From the NCBI GenBank assembly GCA_014297435.1, contig JACOQA010000002.1, forward strand, positions 160,001 through 224,000: 64,000 nucleotides of DNA, written 5' to 3'. The stretch is from Candidatus Nanohaloarchaea archaeon. GTDB lineage: Archaea > Nanohalarchaeota > Nanosalinia > Nanosalinales > Nanosalinaceae. Of the stretch, positions 48,084-58,180 are shown in pieces. Made by a program: the position numbers and the translations under genes. The notes under the pieces were generated by a model. It was not told where the DNA came from, searched no databases, and worked only from the letters and a program-made list of their open reading frames with translations. Positions within the stretch are counted from its first letter, which is position 1; each line of letters opens with the position of its first letter.

Positions 48084-49061
48084 ATGCAAAAGGAAAAAGC
48101 AGTTTTAAGTCTCTTGTTTCTCTCGGTAGTCGCTTCGGGTTGCATGAGTTCCGGTAACTCGACAGGCTCAGTAACGGTAAAGAGTCTTAACGTCGAGCCA
48201 ACTCAGATCTTTGAGGGTCAAAGCGTCAGAGCACAGATGGAGATCGAGAACACGGGGAATATTGCTGGCGAGGTAGCTATTGGAGAGGATGGTAAGGAGA
48301 TACTTAGAGGGCATTGCCCGGATATATTCTCTGTAGATTCTTCAGGTTTCTCAGTTACCTCAACGCGGGACAGCTATGATGGAGAGTCAGCAAAGTTGGA
48401 GCCCGGAGATCAGTTGAGAGTAAGATGGAAGCTTAACCAGAAAGCGGAGAGAGTTCCGCTCTACGGTCTTGATTGCGATTTGAAGTTCCCTGTTAAGTTT
48501 AATTACTCGGTTTCGGGTCTCAGACAGGTTCAGATAAAGAAGAATAAAGAAGTTGAGGGCTCGAACAAGCTTCAAACACAGAGCTCGCCCGGACCGATGA
48601 ATATAGTTATGGGTACTCTGCCAAGTTCTACTGGTAAAACCTCGACATTTATTGCTGACACTTCAGACGATTCTAGAGATCTCAGCATAGCGATCCAGCT
48701 CCGGAACCCTAATCCGGAGAGCGAGGAGTACAGGAAGGGAGTTGTGGATGTTAATGAGAACAGTTTCCGCATTGAAGCTACTGAACCTCTCGAGCTTGAT
48801 GAATCTATGTCATTAGATGGAGAGGATATGGTTTGGAACGCAAACGGTTATTCTGATCCGAAATGTGAGGTTCCTCAGACACGAAGAGGTCTTAGACTCG
48901 ATCAGGGCAAGTCCGTAACTATCAGATGTAACATTCCTTTACCTGAGAAAAACGAGCTTCAATCGCCTTCTGCTATATCTGAGATATCGGCTCATGTAAA
49001 CTATACATATGAGAAAGATGCCGGCACGAGAAATATAAAGGTGGAGAGTCGTGGACAGTAA
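48084..49061 (+). CDS. Surface lipoprotein (paralog family)
   Basis: VVASG|C lipobox; NTG, FNYS, SSPGPM, NYTY. Confidence 0.82.
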   Translation: MQKEKAVLSLLFLSVVASGCMSSGNSTGSVTVKSLNVEPTQIFEGQSVRAQMEIENTGNIAGEVAIGEDGKEILRGHCPDIFSVDSSGFSVTSTRDSYDGESAKLEPGDQLRVRWKLNQKAERVPLYGLDCDLKFPVKFNYSVSGLRQVQIKKNKEVEGSNKLQTQSSPGPMNIVMGTLPSSTGKTSTFIADTSDDSRDLSIAIQLRNPNPESEEYRKGVVDVNENSFRIEATEPLELDESMSLDGEDMVWNANGYSDPKCEVPQTRRGLRLDQGKSVTIRCNIPLPEKNELQSPSAISEISAHVNYTYEKDAGTRNIKVESRGQ

Positions 49062-49824
49062 AATAACTATTTTTCTGGCTCTTGTGGTTGTAGCTTCTGG
49101 CTGCGCACAGCAAGAGTCAGAAAATTCGCCTGAAAAAGGGCTTGAAGTCAAGGATTTTTCGATATCCGAGAAAAGCCTTGTTCCGTCACAGCAAGCATAT
49201 ATAACTCTAGTTTTGAAGAACCATCACACGCAACAGATTAACCTTCGGGATATCTCTCTTTACAACACGGGTTTGCTCAAAGCCGATAAACAGGGGTGTA
49301 GACCTGAAAATATAGAGGTAGCTACAGCAGATGTGGCGCCTGAAATGGAGTGTACATGGAAGGTCGAAGCGCCCGAAGATATTGGAGCCTTCAACTCAAA
49401 ATCTGTATCTCTTAAGCTCAACATTGAGTATGATTCGCAGCTAGAGCCGACAGAACCGTTTAAGATAGATTTCAAGAGTCCTGAAGACATAACTGAAACT
49501 TCTAATTTAGAGAAAACCTATACTAATAGTGAGATCAAGTTAGATATTTCGACCGAAAATCCTGCACCTTCTCAGGGAAGGTTGATAGATTTAACTATTT
49601 CTAGCGCGGGAAAGGGCAGGGTTGCATCTGACTTTTCTATGGACTATAGTCCTTCCGGGGTCTTCGAGGATTGTGATCAACAAAAAGAGATCGTGGTAGG
49701 ATCCTCTGTAGAGTTTAGCTGCCAGATAAGCTCTGATCAAACGGTTGAACGGAATCTAATGATCTCCACATCTTATAAATACGTCAAAGCACCAACGCTT
49801 GATGTCGAGGTCGTTAAAAGATGA
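49051..49824 (+). CDS. Surface lipoprotein (paralog family)
   Basis: LVVVASG|C lipobox; EYDS, GKG, SYKY. Confidence 0.82.
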   Translation: MDSKITIFLALVVVASGCAQQESENSPEKGLEVKDFSISEKSLVPSQQAYITLVLKNHHTQQINLRDISLYNTGLLKADKQGCRPENIEVATADVAPEMECTWKVEAPEDIGAFNSKSVSLKLNIEYDSQLEPTEPFKIDFKSPEDITETSNLEKTYTNSEIKLDISTENPAPSQGRLIDLTISSAGKGRVASDFSMDYSPSGVFEDCDQQKEIVVGSSVEFSCQISSDQTVERNLMISTSYKYVKAPTLDVEVVKR

Positions 49825-50732
49825 TAGAAAAAAGAGCTATTGTTTTTATTGCGCTTGTTGTTGTTGCCTCTGGATGCGCATCAACTACAACCCCTGAAAA
49901 TTCTTCAACTGCGGACAGTGTTTCAGTAATGAACTTCACTGCCTATCCTTCTTCTCCCTATAGCGGAGAGCAGGTGCGCTTAAGACTTACGCTAAAGAAT
50001 ACCGGTGATGCTACGGCTGAAGATGTTACCGCACAGCTATTTAACGTTCCGTTTTCAGGCTCAGGTAATGTTTGGGACTATGTAGGAGATCAATCGGCTG
50101 ATAAAAGCTTCGGAACGCTTGAGCCAAGGGATGACGAGAACAATCTTCCTGCAAGACCTTCGACAAAGGTCTGGAACATTAAAGCACCAACTTTGGAGAA
50201 CGGCGTGACAATCCCTTACAACTTCAAGTCGAGGATTTACTACAAATACAGCACTCAGGGAACTTCGAGAATTACCTTGATGAGTAGAGAGCGTTTCCAG
50301 AATGAAAGAACAAGAAGCAGACCGACGCTTGACACAACCTCGGGTCCTATTCAGATGAGCATAAGGACTAAGTCGCCAATTACATATACGGGAGATTCGC
50401 CGACAAACTCTCAGATGTGTATCCAAGTCAAGAACGAAGGGAGCGGAACACCTTTCGTGTCGGACGATTATGATGTAAGCGACTCGGAGGAAAACACTGT
50501 TGAGATAACAGTTCCTGACCAAGGATCGATTGATTTCTCGGCAAATCAGGGAGATGGCAACTCCGCAGAACTAGATCTCGTTGGAGGAAGAGGTTTCTCT
50601 TGCTTTACAATCGAAGCTACAGGCGGTATCGGTCCACAGCAGGAGATACCTGTAATAGTGGAAGCTGACTACGGATACCTTAAAGAGGATACACAAACTG
50701 TAAGGGTGAGGGGAAGCCGCCTATCTAACTAA
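49821..50732 (+). CDS. Surface lipoprotein (paralog family)
   Basis: LVVVASG|C lipobox; KNTG, YKYST, TSGPI, NEGSG, DYGY. Confidence 0.82.
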   Translation: MIEKRAIVFIALVVVASGCASTTTPENSSTADSVSVMNFTAYPSSPYSGEQVRLRLTLKNTGDATAEDVTAQLFNVPFSGSGNVWDYVGDQSADKSFGTLEPRDDENNLPARPSTKVWNIKAPTLENGVTIPYNFKSRIYYKYSTQGTSRITLMSRERFQNERTRSRPTLDTTSGPIQMSIRTKSPITYTGDSPTNSQMCIQVKNEGSGTPFVSDDYDVSDSEENTVEITVPDQGSIDFSANQGDGNSAELDLVGGRGFSCFTIEATGGIGPQQEIPVIVEADYGYLKEDTQTVRVRGSRLSN

Positions 50733-50945
50733 CCTTTCTACTTTTCCTCTTTTCCATTTAATATCCGCATCTAACAGTATTCTGAGTACTTTTTGGTTCT
50801 TCTATAAATTTAAAGAGGTAAATATTGAAATCTGAAGCTGTTCGTTTACCAGCCTCTCAATCAATTGGGGTTACCAGATAATATGTAGTCTACTGAGATG
50901 TATGAAAGAAGGAATTGAGGAAAAAAGAGGATAGATAAGAAATAC

Positions 50946-52667
50946 TTAGATGAGGTAGAGGGCTGAGAGAACTATTCCCAGTCCTGCAACGATCGAGGCG
51001 ATTACTTTGCTACCTGTGTTGCCATCTACCTCGCTGATGAAGCTGGAGATGCTCTGTGTGAACGAGCCAGAGACCTGGTTCTGGTCTGACTCAATAGCTT
51101 CCTCTATGTCTTCTCCAACTACAAGTCTTACTGTCTTCGACTTCTGAATTTCTTTGCCTGTTGCGGTTGCTGTGATCACAACCTCTCCTTCCTTCTTGAA
51201 AGGAATTCCTGCGTAGAGGTAGACGTTCTCTGACTGTCCTCCCTCAATTGTAACGTTGTCGGTTCCTAAGTCTACCCATTCAGGTCCGTCGGTCTTCAAG
51301 GCGTAAGTGTTCTGCTGTGTTCCTGTGTTGTTTAGCTGAATTTCGTAGACTGTCGAACGGTTCTCTCCAGCTGATACTACTTCAGGAAGCACGTCCATCT
51401 CTAGATCATAGCAGTTCTCGACTACTACGTTGGTTTGTGCGGATGATGTCGGCTCTCCGAATGTTTCAGCTGTTGTCTGAACTGTTACAGGGTAACTGTC
51501 TGGCTGTCTGTTTCCTAGATTGACTGTTACGTTGGTTGATTCTCCTTCTTCAAGCTGGACGTTCGAAGTTGAAAGGTTGCCGTCCGAGGTTGAAAGGCTG
51601 AATGTTTCTGCTGCAGCTCCCGTGTTTTGAACTCTTACTTCTGCGGAAGCTCTCTCGTCCTCACAGTATCGAGGATTTGAGTTAGTGTAGCCGATTGATG
51701 CTTCCATGCCGTTCTGTACGTTTAGTCCGACATTTGTTGAACTTGTTGATTCTCCTTCTGCAGCGATCTGGATCTGCTGTCCTCCAAGTTCTTCCGGTCT
51801 TACATTTAATGTGGTTGTCTCTGTTTCTCCGGATGCGACTTCTAGCTCTTCTTCTGCTAGTTCTCCTGCCGAACTTGTAACCCGGAAGACGTCAGACTTG
51901 GTTCCAAGATTTTCGATTGATACTTCGAACTCTGCCTGGTTGAATGCTGCTACGTCCTGTGTCTGCGGCTGGACGTTCATCTCGGAATCGAAGCAGGTTT
52001 CTGCTGTGAAGCTGATTCTGTCGATCTCCTGTGCGTAACTTGTTATTGATGCGGTGACTAGGTTGAAGTTTCTCTCAATTTCTGAGTTCGAAGAGATTCT
52101 GAGTTCAACTGTCTTTGTCTCTCCGTCCTCAAGGCTTACTCTCTCTGTTGAGAGCTGTCCGTAATCTGTCTCGAGGCTGAACTCTTCCTGCTGAATTCCG
52201 TCGTTCGTTACCTCGATCTTGTATGTTGCTGCCTGTCCTAGGCAAGCTGTCTGAGAACTTTCAGCTACTTCAACGGAAACGTCGTGGTCTTTGATTACGT
52301 TGACTTCTCCGTTTGTTGTGAATGTTGTGCCTGAGGCTTGAGAAGTTGCGTAGAGTTCGAACGAGTATGTTCCTTCGTCCTTGTCGACTGCTGGATTGTA
52401 CCAGACATTTACTGTTCTGGATTCTCCTGAGTCAAGAGTTACTTCGGTTGGTGCGATCGATATCTCGGATGGTTCTGAAGAACTGAACTTGAAACTGTCT
52501 TTTACTGGTCCGAGGTTCTCGACTTCCATCTCGTAGGAAGTGAAGGAGTCGATCCTCGAACTTGATTCATCTGGGAATAGTGTTAGGTCTGCGGGTCCTG
52601 CCGCGACCGCTGTTGTCATTATTGTTATTAGAAGTGTTAGTATGGTTAGACGTTTAGAGAGATTCAT
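50946..52667 (-). CDS. Surface protein with ~5 Ig-like (COG1470/CARDB-like) repeats and a C-terminal TM anchor
   Basis: Signal peptide; repeated [VI]xNxG...F.L....L..GE..TV; C-terminal hydrophobic helix; ATG 52667 after AGGTGA. Confidence 0.85.
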   Translation of the reverse strand: MNLSKRLTILTLLITIMTTAVAAGPADLTLFPDESSSRIDSFTSYEMEVENLGPVKDSFKFSSSEPSEISIAPTEVTLDSGESRTVNVWYNPAVDKDEGTYSFELYATSQASGTTFTTNGEVNVIKDHDVSVEVAESSQTACLGQAATYKIEVTNDGIQQEEFSLETDYGQLSTERVSLEDGETKTVELRISSNSEIERNFNLVTASITSYAQEIDRISFTAETCFDSEMNVQPQTQDVAAFNQAEFEVSIENLGTKSDVFRVTSSAGELAEEELEVASGETETTTLNVRPEELGGQQIQIAAEGESTSSTNVGLNVQNGMEASIGYTNSNPRYCEDERASAEVRVQNTGAAAETFSLSTSDGNLSTSNVQLEEGESTNVTVNLGNRQPDSYPVTVQTTAETFGEPTSSAQTNVVVENCYDLEMDVLPEVVSAGENRSTVYEIQLNNTGTQQNTYALKTDGPEWVDLGTDNVTIEGGQSENVYLYAGIPFKKEGEVVITATATGKEIQKSKTVRLVVGEDIEEAIESDQNQVSGSFTQSISSFISEVDGNTGSKVIASIVAGLGIVLSALYLI

Positions 52668-52817
52668 AGCTTTAAGTGTCACCTGATGATAACACAAATT
52701 CTTAACTCTTTTATACCTTTTTACATGCCGTAATGGTTACAGAAGTTAATAACTGCTTAATGAGAAACTAAAAAGTTCTAGAAACGATTAAAAAAAGTAG
52801 TAGAGCGTTTGAAGCCG

Positions 52818-55800
52818 TCAGAAGATTCCAAACAACCTATCAATCAAGCCTTTCTTCCTTGGCTGTTTCGAACCTCCTGCCCATACACGGACATCCTTCT
52901 TGAAGACCTCCGATCCATCCGAAGAGACCGTGATCTCTGCCGTTCCTTCACCTTCCTCACGAGGTGTCAGGTAGAAGAAGACTGTCTTCTTCTCGCCGGT
53001 ATCCAACAATACCTGTCTCTCCGACTGGGAAACCCAGGTGTCCGGCAAACCTTCAAGCTCAAGCTGGTAACGCTTCACCTCTCTATGGGTGTTATAGAGA
53101 TCAACCTTCACCAAGCCTTCCTCAGACTCGACAGAGGCAATCTGATCAGGGAAGCTCTCAACCTCGTTACCAAGCTCCAAGACCTCAACAGTTGTCGAAG
53201 CGCTTCCAGACTTACCGCCTGTTACAGCACGAACCTCAAACTCGTGCTCACCGGGATCACTGGCGCTTACATCGAAGCAGACCTCTCCGCTCTGAGTCTT
53301 CGAATCAACTACTCTTCCATCTCTCAACAGGTAGACCTTAGGATCGATCTGCGAACTAACGTCGCCACAGATCTCGTAGGTCTCGCCTTCAAACACTTCA
53401 CGAGGTGCGTAGACAGCTTCCACTGTCGCAACCGGAAGGATTGAAACAGCCGTTGACTGTGAAGCTCCATTAGTCGAAACCTCGACATTCTGCTGTCCTA
53501 CTTGGTTTGAACGTACGTAGACCTGGTAGTAGCCATCAGGCTGTGTTGTGGTCGATGCTACACGTTCAAAGCCTACTTCTATATCAGCCTGGCTTCTGCC
53601 TCTGACGCCGTCAACGTACCCGGAAACCTTGAACGATTTTCCGGCAACAACTTCCCTTGGTGAAACCTCTACGGTCATCGAGGAAGCCTCTCCGCCTCCA
53701 ACGTTTCCAAGTCCGCAGTCCCTGACATCGATCGTTCGGGTAACCGAGTCAAAGCCTCCGTTCGAGACCTGAACTCTGTAGTTCTCTGAACCCGACCCTT
53801 GGACGTTTGTGAAACGGATGTTCTTCGTCCTGTAACCGTCTCCGGATACATGGATGTCTCTTACAACTTCGCCGTCAAGTCCGGTTCCCTGGATCTCAAC
53901 GACTTTACCGTAACTATCTCTATTACTTACAGTGACTCTTGTCGTGAAGCTTTCACCTCTACATACGTAGTTAGGTCCTGAGACTTCGGTGATTCTGAGC
54001 TCCCCATCTTCCTCGTCAGAGTCATCGTCTTCTCTTTCTAAAGTGAAGTCTTCGGTCTCCGGTTCTCCTTCTTCAAGTTCTATATCTCTTGTCTCTGTTT
54101 CGTAACCGTCTTTTGAGACCGTTATCTCGTAGTCATCAGGTTCGAGGCTGAAGTAAGCCTCTCCCTCATCATCGGTTTCATCTGATTCATCGTCGCCGTT
54201 TTCGACTTCTACCTCTGCGTCTTCTATCGGATCGTTATCTTCGTCTTCAACGCTAACTGTAAGATCTACTTCTTCCTCGTCAGAATCATCGTCGGTCTCC
54301 CCAACTTCTATCGTTTCGGTCTCTGTATCGGAACCTTCGGATCCGACAACCTCCAGTTCTACATCATAGTCTCCTTCTTCATCGAAGGTGTAATCTACTT
54401 CCTCACCGTACTTGTCAGGAATACCGTTCTCGTCGAAGTCCCATATAAAGCTGTCCGCTCCTGTCGAATCGGATGCATCGAACTCTACTTCTTCACCTGC
54501 CTCGGGTTCGTTAGGGCTCCAGTCAAAATCAGCTTCAACTTCTTCATCTGTCCCATCTTCTAGCTCCGAAAGCTCAAGATCAATGGATTCTTCCTCTCCT
54601 TCGTCAAGATCCACGGTTTTTGAGGCTGTTTCATAATCTGGGTCGGAAGCTGTTACTTCGTATTCGCTAGGCTTAAGCTGGAAAAGGACTTCTCCATTCT
54701 CATCAGTCTCTTCACTTGTTGTCTCGCCGTTCTCGGCTTCAACATCTATATCTTCGAGAGCATCACCGTCTTCATCGACTACATTTACTGTCAATTCTGC
54801 TTGTTCTTCTTCACCTTCCTCAACTAGCTCAATCGTTTCCTCTGTTGGTTCTCCCGAGTTCACTTCTACATCATCTCTCGAGTTATCCTGGTAATCGTAC
54901 TTCGAAACATCTATGTCGTATTCTCCTTCTTCAAGTGAGAAGCTGACCTCTCCATCATCGTCAGTCTCTTTCTCCTGATTGTCAACTTCGACAGTCGCAT
55001 CCTCAAGAGGATCTTCTTCTGAATCTGTAACTGTTACTTCAAGAGTTCCTCCATCTCCGTTTACATTAAGAGTTACTTCATCGCTCGTGAAGCTCTCTCC
55101 TTCACACGCTCCGCTGTCAACATCAAATTTCGCGTTGATATCAACATCGCCGGTGTCAAGATCTTCCGTATCAAAGTCTACTTCGTAGTCATCATCGCTG
55201 TAACCATCTACAGTTATTTCGTCTGAAGCTACTTCATCTCCGTCTGCCTCTATAATCAGTTCGCCTTCTTCATCCTCGGATTCTGCGTTCTCAATATTTA
55301 CTGCGGCAGTAACTTCTTCGTCTTGGTTGGCAAAGTCCTCGTTCAGATCAACCGTAACTGTTTCATCATCCAAACCGCACTTAACTCTCTCTTCGGTGAA
55401 GAAATAGTTTCTTTCAGAGTTCGAGGTTGCGGTTCCGTCCGAGGCTTCCACTTTCCAAATGTACTCTCTATCGTAGCTTAGGCTTCTCCAGTCAGGGAGG
55501 GTAAAGTCAACGTTATCGCCTTCATCAACATTCCTTAGTTCGTCGTAATCATCGCTATCCAGAGTCCTGATCCTGTCTCCGTCATTGTCTAGTACTTTAA
55601 TAGTGTAGTCAAGATCGTCTCCGTCTCTGTCTTCCGCGCTAAACTCGAAAGTTGGTGTTGTACTTACTATTTCGTCTTCTGAAGGATTCTGAAGATCAAA
55701 GTTTCCGGGAGCCTGATTATCAGGTTCTGAATCTTGAGTCCATTCAAGTGTTATCTTCTCCCGATTTTCTGAGCCTTCAACTACCGTAACAGCTCTCACT

Positions 55801-56072
55801 TGCAAACTTCCTTCGGTCCCCTGTACATAATCGTTGCTTATGCTGCAGCCGTTGCTGCATGAGAAAGTCATGGCGTCCGCGATCCATTCATCTTGTACAT
55901 CACTCCATCTTTCTACACGTATACTGCTCGCGGAGTTGGATGTCGAAGCTGTAACTTTCTGTGACTCTCCGATTTTAAGATTGGTATCGGAGCTAGGTTG
56001 AATGTTTACTGCTGTTGAAAATGTTGTGAAAGCCGCCAATAGGATTATTATTGTAATTAATTTGTTTCTCAT
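52818..56072 (-). CDS. Large acidic surface protein (carboxypeptidase-regulatory/PEGA-like repeats, PKD and Ig-like domains)
   Basis: Signal peptide; three L.V.V.D...D.[LI]ED..VE repeats; PKD-like FDASDS...WDFD...YTFDEEGDY; amphipathic C-terminus KKGLIDRLFGIF. Confidence 0.88.
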   Translation of the reverse strand: MRNKLITIIILLAAFTTFSTAVNIQPSSDTNLKIGESQKVTASTSNSASSIRVERWSDVQDEWIADAMTFSCSNGCSISNDYVQGTEGSLQVRAVTVVEGSENREKITLEWTQDSEPDNQAPGNFDLQNPSEDEIVSTTPTFEFSAEDRDGDDLDYTIKVLDNDGDRIRTLDSDDYDELRNVDEGDNVDFTLPDWRSLSYDREYIWKVEASDGTATSNSERNYFFTEERVKCGLDDETVTVDLNEDFANQDEEVTAAVNIENAESEDEEGELIIEADGDEVASDEITVDGYSDDDYEVDFDTEDLDTGDVDINAKFDVDSGACEGESFTSDEVTLNVNGDGGTLEVTVTDSEEDPLEDATVEVDNQEKETDDDGEVSFSLEEGEYDIDVSKYDYQDNSRDDVEVNSGEPTEETIELVEEGEEEQAELTVNVVDEDGDALEDIDVEAENGETTSEETDENGEVLFQLKPSEYEVTASDPDYETASKTVDLDEGEEESIDLELSELEDGTDEEVEADFDWSPNEPEAGEEVEFDASDSTGADSFIWDFDENGIPDKYGEEVDYTFDEEGDYDVELEVVGSEGSDTETETIEVGETDDDSDEEEVDLTVSVEDEDNDPIEDAEVEVENGDDESDETDDEGEAYFSLEPDDYEITVSKDGYETETRDIELEEGEPETEDFTLEREDDDSDEEDGELRITEVSGPNYVCRGESFTTRVTVSNRDSYGKVVEIQGTGLDGEVVRDIHVSGDGYRTKNIRFTNVQGSGSENYRVQVSNGGFDSVTRTIDVRDCGLGNVGGGEASSMTVEVSPREVVAGKSFKVSGYVDGVRGRSQADIEVGFERVASTTTQPDGYYQVYVRSNQVGQQNVEVSTNGASQSTAVSILPVATVEAVYAPREVFEGETYEICGDVSSQIDPKVYLLRDGRVVDSKTQSGEVCFDVSASDPGEHEFEVRAVTGGKSGSASTTVEVLELGNEVESFPDQIASVESEEGLVKVDLYNTHREVKRYQLELEGLPDTWVSQSERQVLLDTGEKKTVFFYLTPREEGEGTAEITVSSDGSEVFKKDVRVWAGGSKQPRKKGLIDRLFGIF

Positions 56073-56085
56073 TTTTCTTCACCCT

Positions 56086-57084
56086 TTAGAAGTCCTCCGT
56101 GATGGTCACGATTTTATTGTTGCCGTCTTCAGAGTAGATTGTTACAGAGCCTCCGCTGTAGCCGAAGTCTACATCACTTGCTTCAAGGTCTGTTCGATCG
56201 TTAACATCAAGGTATGACTCAACTTCTCTTGCTGTCAGATCTCTGTCATCTGTTGCGGAGTTCAAGGCATCAAGGTCTTCGAAGTAGTTAGGATTTTCAG
56301 AGCCTATAGGTCCTTGGTCTGTTCTTGTACCGTTTAGTCCGGATCCTCCGGTTCCACCATTCCTGTTGATACTCTGATCGCCTGATCCGCTCTCCTTGTA
56401 GACTGTCTTATCATCGTCAGGCCAGAAGATCGCGGCAAGACTTCCTCCGATAAATCCTGCGCCTATCAACGCTCCCCCTATTTTACATAGTGAGTCCCTC
56501 TTATCCGGATCGTCTACCTCAGGTTCTGTAGGTTTTTCGGGGTCGGAGCTGGTTGATCCATATGGATTTATGACATCGTCTGGGTCCATGCCTTCTGTTC
56601 TCTTAGCCCTGTTCCTGTAGAATTCGGACATGTGTTCGCCGAGATTGTTTATCTCAGGAGAATTGTTCTTTACGTAGGTACTGAATGATCTTTCTGATAC
56701 TGCTATGTCGTCAAACTGTTCAAGTGAATAGTTTCCTTCGAAGTAGTTCATAGGGTTTAGGATGTTGGCTGTTCTCTCTCCTCCTGGCACATTAATATCT
56801 ACATCAAGATCCTCTATCTCGTTCTCTACCTTAGTTAAACGGTTCTGATAATTGTTTAGACGTGTCTCAAAAGAATTAATATCTCCTTCTATAGATCCCA
56901 AATCATCCGACAGGTCTTCAAGCCAGTTAGTTACGGATTCGAATGCGTCGTCGTGATCATCAACTCTATTTTCCAGATCTTCTAGCCGGCTATTAACCTG
57001 ATCTAGTTCTTCATCTAGATCTTCTATAAACTGATCGTCTGCTCCTTTTCCTTCGATCCAGATGTCGTCTCCGTTGTTCGACAT
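56086..57084 (-). CDS. Acidic coiled-coil protein with a single TM segment
   Basis: Heptad-like residues ~20-95; IGGALIGAGFIGGSLAAIFW TM. Confidence 0.8.
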   Translation of the reverse strand: MSNNGDDIWIEGKGADDQFIEDLDEELDQVNSRLEDLENRVDDHDDAFESVTNWLEDLSDDLGSIEGDINSFETRLNNYQNRLTKVENEIEDLDVDINVPGGERTANILNPMNYFEGNYSLEQFDDIAVSERSFSTYVKNNSPEINNLGEHMSEFYRNRAKRTEGMDPDDVINPYGSTSSDPEKPTEPEVDDPDKRDSLCKIGGALIGAGFIGGSLAAIFWPDDDKTVYKESGSGDQSINRNGGTGGSGLNGTRTDQGPIGSENPNYFEDLDALNSATDDRDLTAREVESYLDVNDRTDLEASDVDFGYSGGSVTIYSEDGNNKIVTITEDF

Positions 57085-57155
57085 AATTTTAATTACCTCT
57101 TATCACTTATTTGTCACAAACACCTTATATATCTTTTGTTATTTAGTAGTGACAA

Positions 57156-58022
57156 CTAGTAGCCTTTATCATTCAGTAGTTCTCGGGCGTTGTTAAAAGA
57201 ATCTTTACAACCTTTAGCAACCTCGTCCTCAGGCTTCATCCTCTCTTCATGGCTCTTGCTGAACTCTTCTACTCTGTTTTCAATAAAGTTCTCCATAAAC
57301 GCGTATAATCCATCAGGAACTCCATCGCAGCTCCTGTCGTCAGGTATACTGGTGAAGTCGGGCGCCTCAGGCACTTCAGGCATATCAGGATCCACGACCA
57401 CTTCGTCCGGCATTTCATTCTCTGTTACATGCTTCACAATCTTTCTGTTAAGCAGTTCGGCTCGTGCCCCTGTCGTCATCAAACCTGGGTCGTAGTCGAG
57501 TTCTTTTGCGTTGAAGCCCTCTGCGGATCTAGGTCCGTATATTATTATGTTGAGATGCTCCTTAACGCTCGAAATAGGGTGGTCTTCCACATTCTCTCTC
57601 TTTGCGCCCTCAAGTATTTCGTCAGAAAGGTCTTTAACAACTTCAGGTTTCTTTAGAACTTTACTTTTCACATCTAAATCTTCGTAGACTTTTGACCAGA
57701 CTCCTTCGAAGTCAATATCTTCTACATTCCCTTGATAATCATCTGTTTCGGCTAGGTATCTTTCCTTTATAGAATCCCATTCTTCTTCTATGTCCGAATA
57801 AAGAGTCTCTATATCTTCGTCTAAGTCGTCTGCAACTTCGTCTTCTAATCCGTCCACCATTTCGAGGTTTCTTTCAAGTGCCTCTGCTTGGTCTCTCACA
57901 TATCTTATTCCTTCTACGTAAGCGGCTTCGTAGCTGTTAAAGAGGTCTCTCTGATCGGAGTCTAGCTCTTCCTTTTTTTCTTCGGCCTCTTCAAAGTTCA
58001 TGTGGGGATTATCTACCGACAT
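57156..58022 (-). CDS. Acidic helical hypothetical protein
   Basis: 288-aa ORF; TTTATAT ~27-33 nt upstream. Confidence 0.78.
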   Translation of the reverse strand: MSVDNPHMNFEEAEEKKEELDSDQRDLFNSYEAAYVEGIRYVRDQAEALERNLEMVDGLEDEVADDLDEDIETLYSDIEEEWDSIKERYLAETDDYQGNVEDIDFEGVWSKVYEDLDVKSKVLKKPEVVKDLSDEILEGAKRENVEDHPISSVKEHLNIIIYGPRSAEGFNAKELDYDPGLMTTGARAELLNRKIVKHVTENEMPDEVVVDPDMPEVPEAPDFTSIPDDRSCDGVPDGLYAFMENFIENRVEEFSKSHEERMKPEDEVAKGCKDSFNNARELLNDKGY

Positions 58023-58180
58023 ATTATTACTTTAGAGTTACAAAATTATTTATATCTGTCTCTGATATCTGGGTCGTGACAAGGGGTGTAACCATATATA
58101 TTGTTGCGAAAGAATTGTGATGTTACTACGGAGTACAAATATAAAGATTTGCTGGTAGTATAATTATGTGGTGACACAAA

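Noticed and set aside
52809-55188. Long Ser-rich antisense ORFs opposite the acidic surface protein
   Set aside because: Expected shadow of GAA/GAT/GAC-rich codons.
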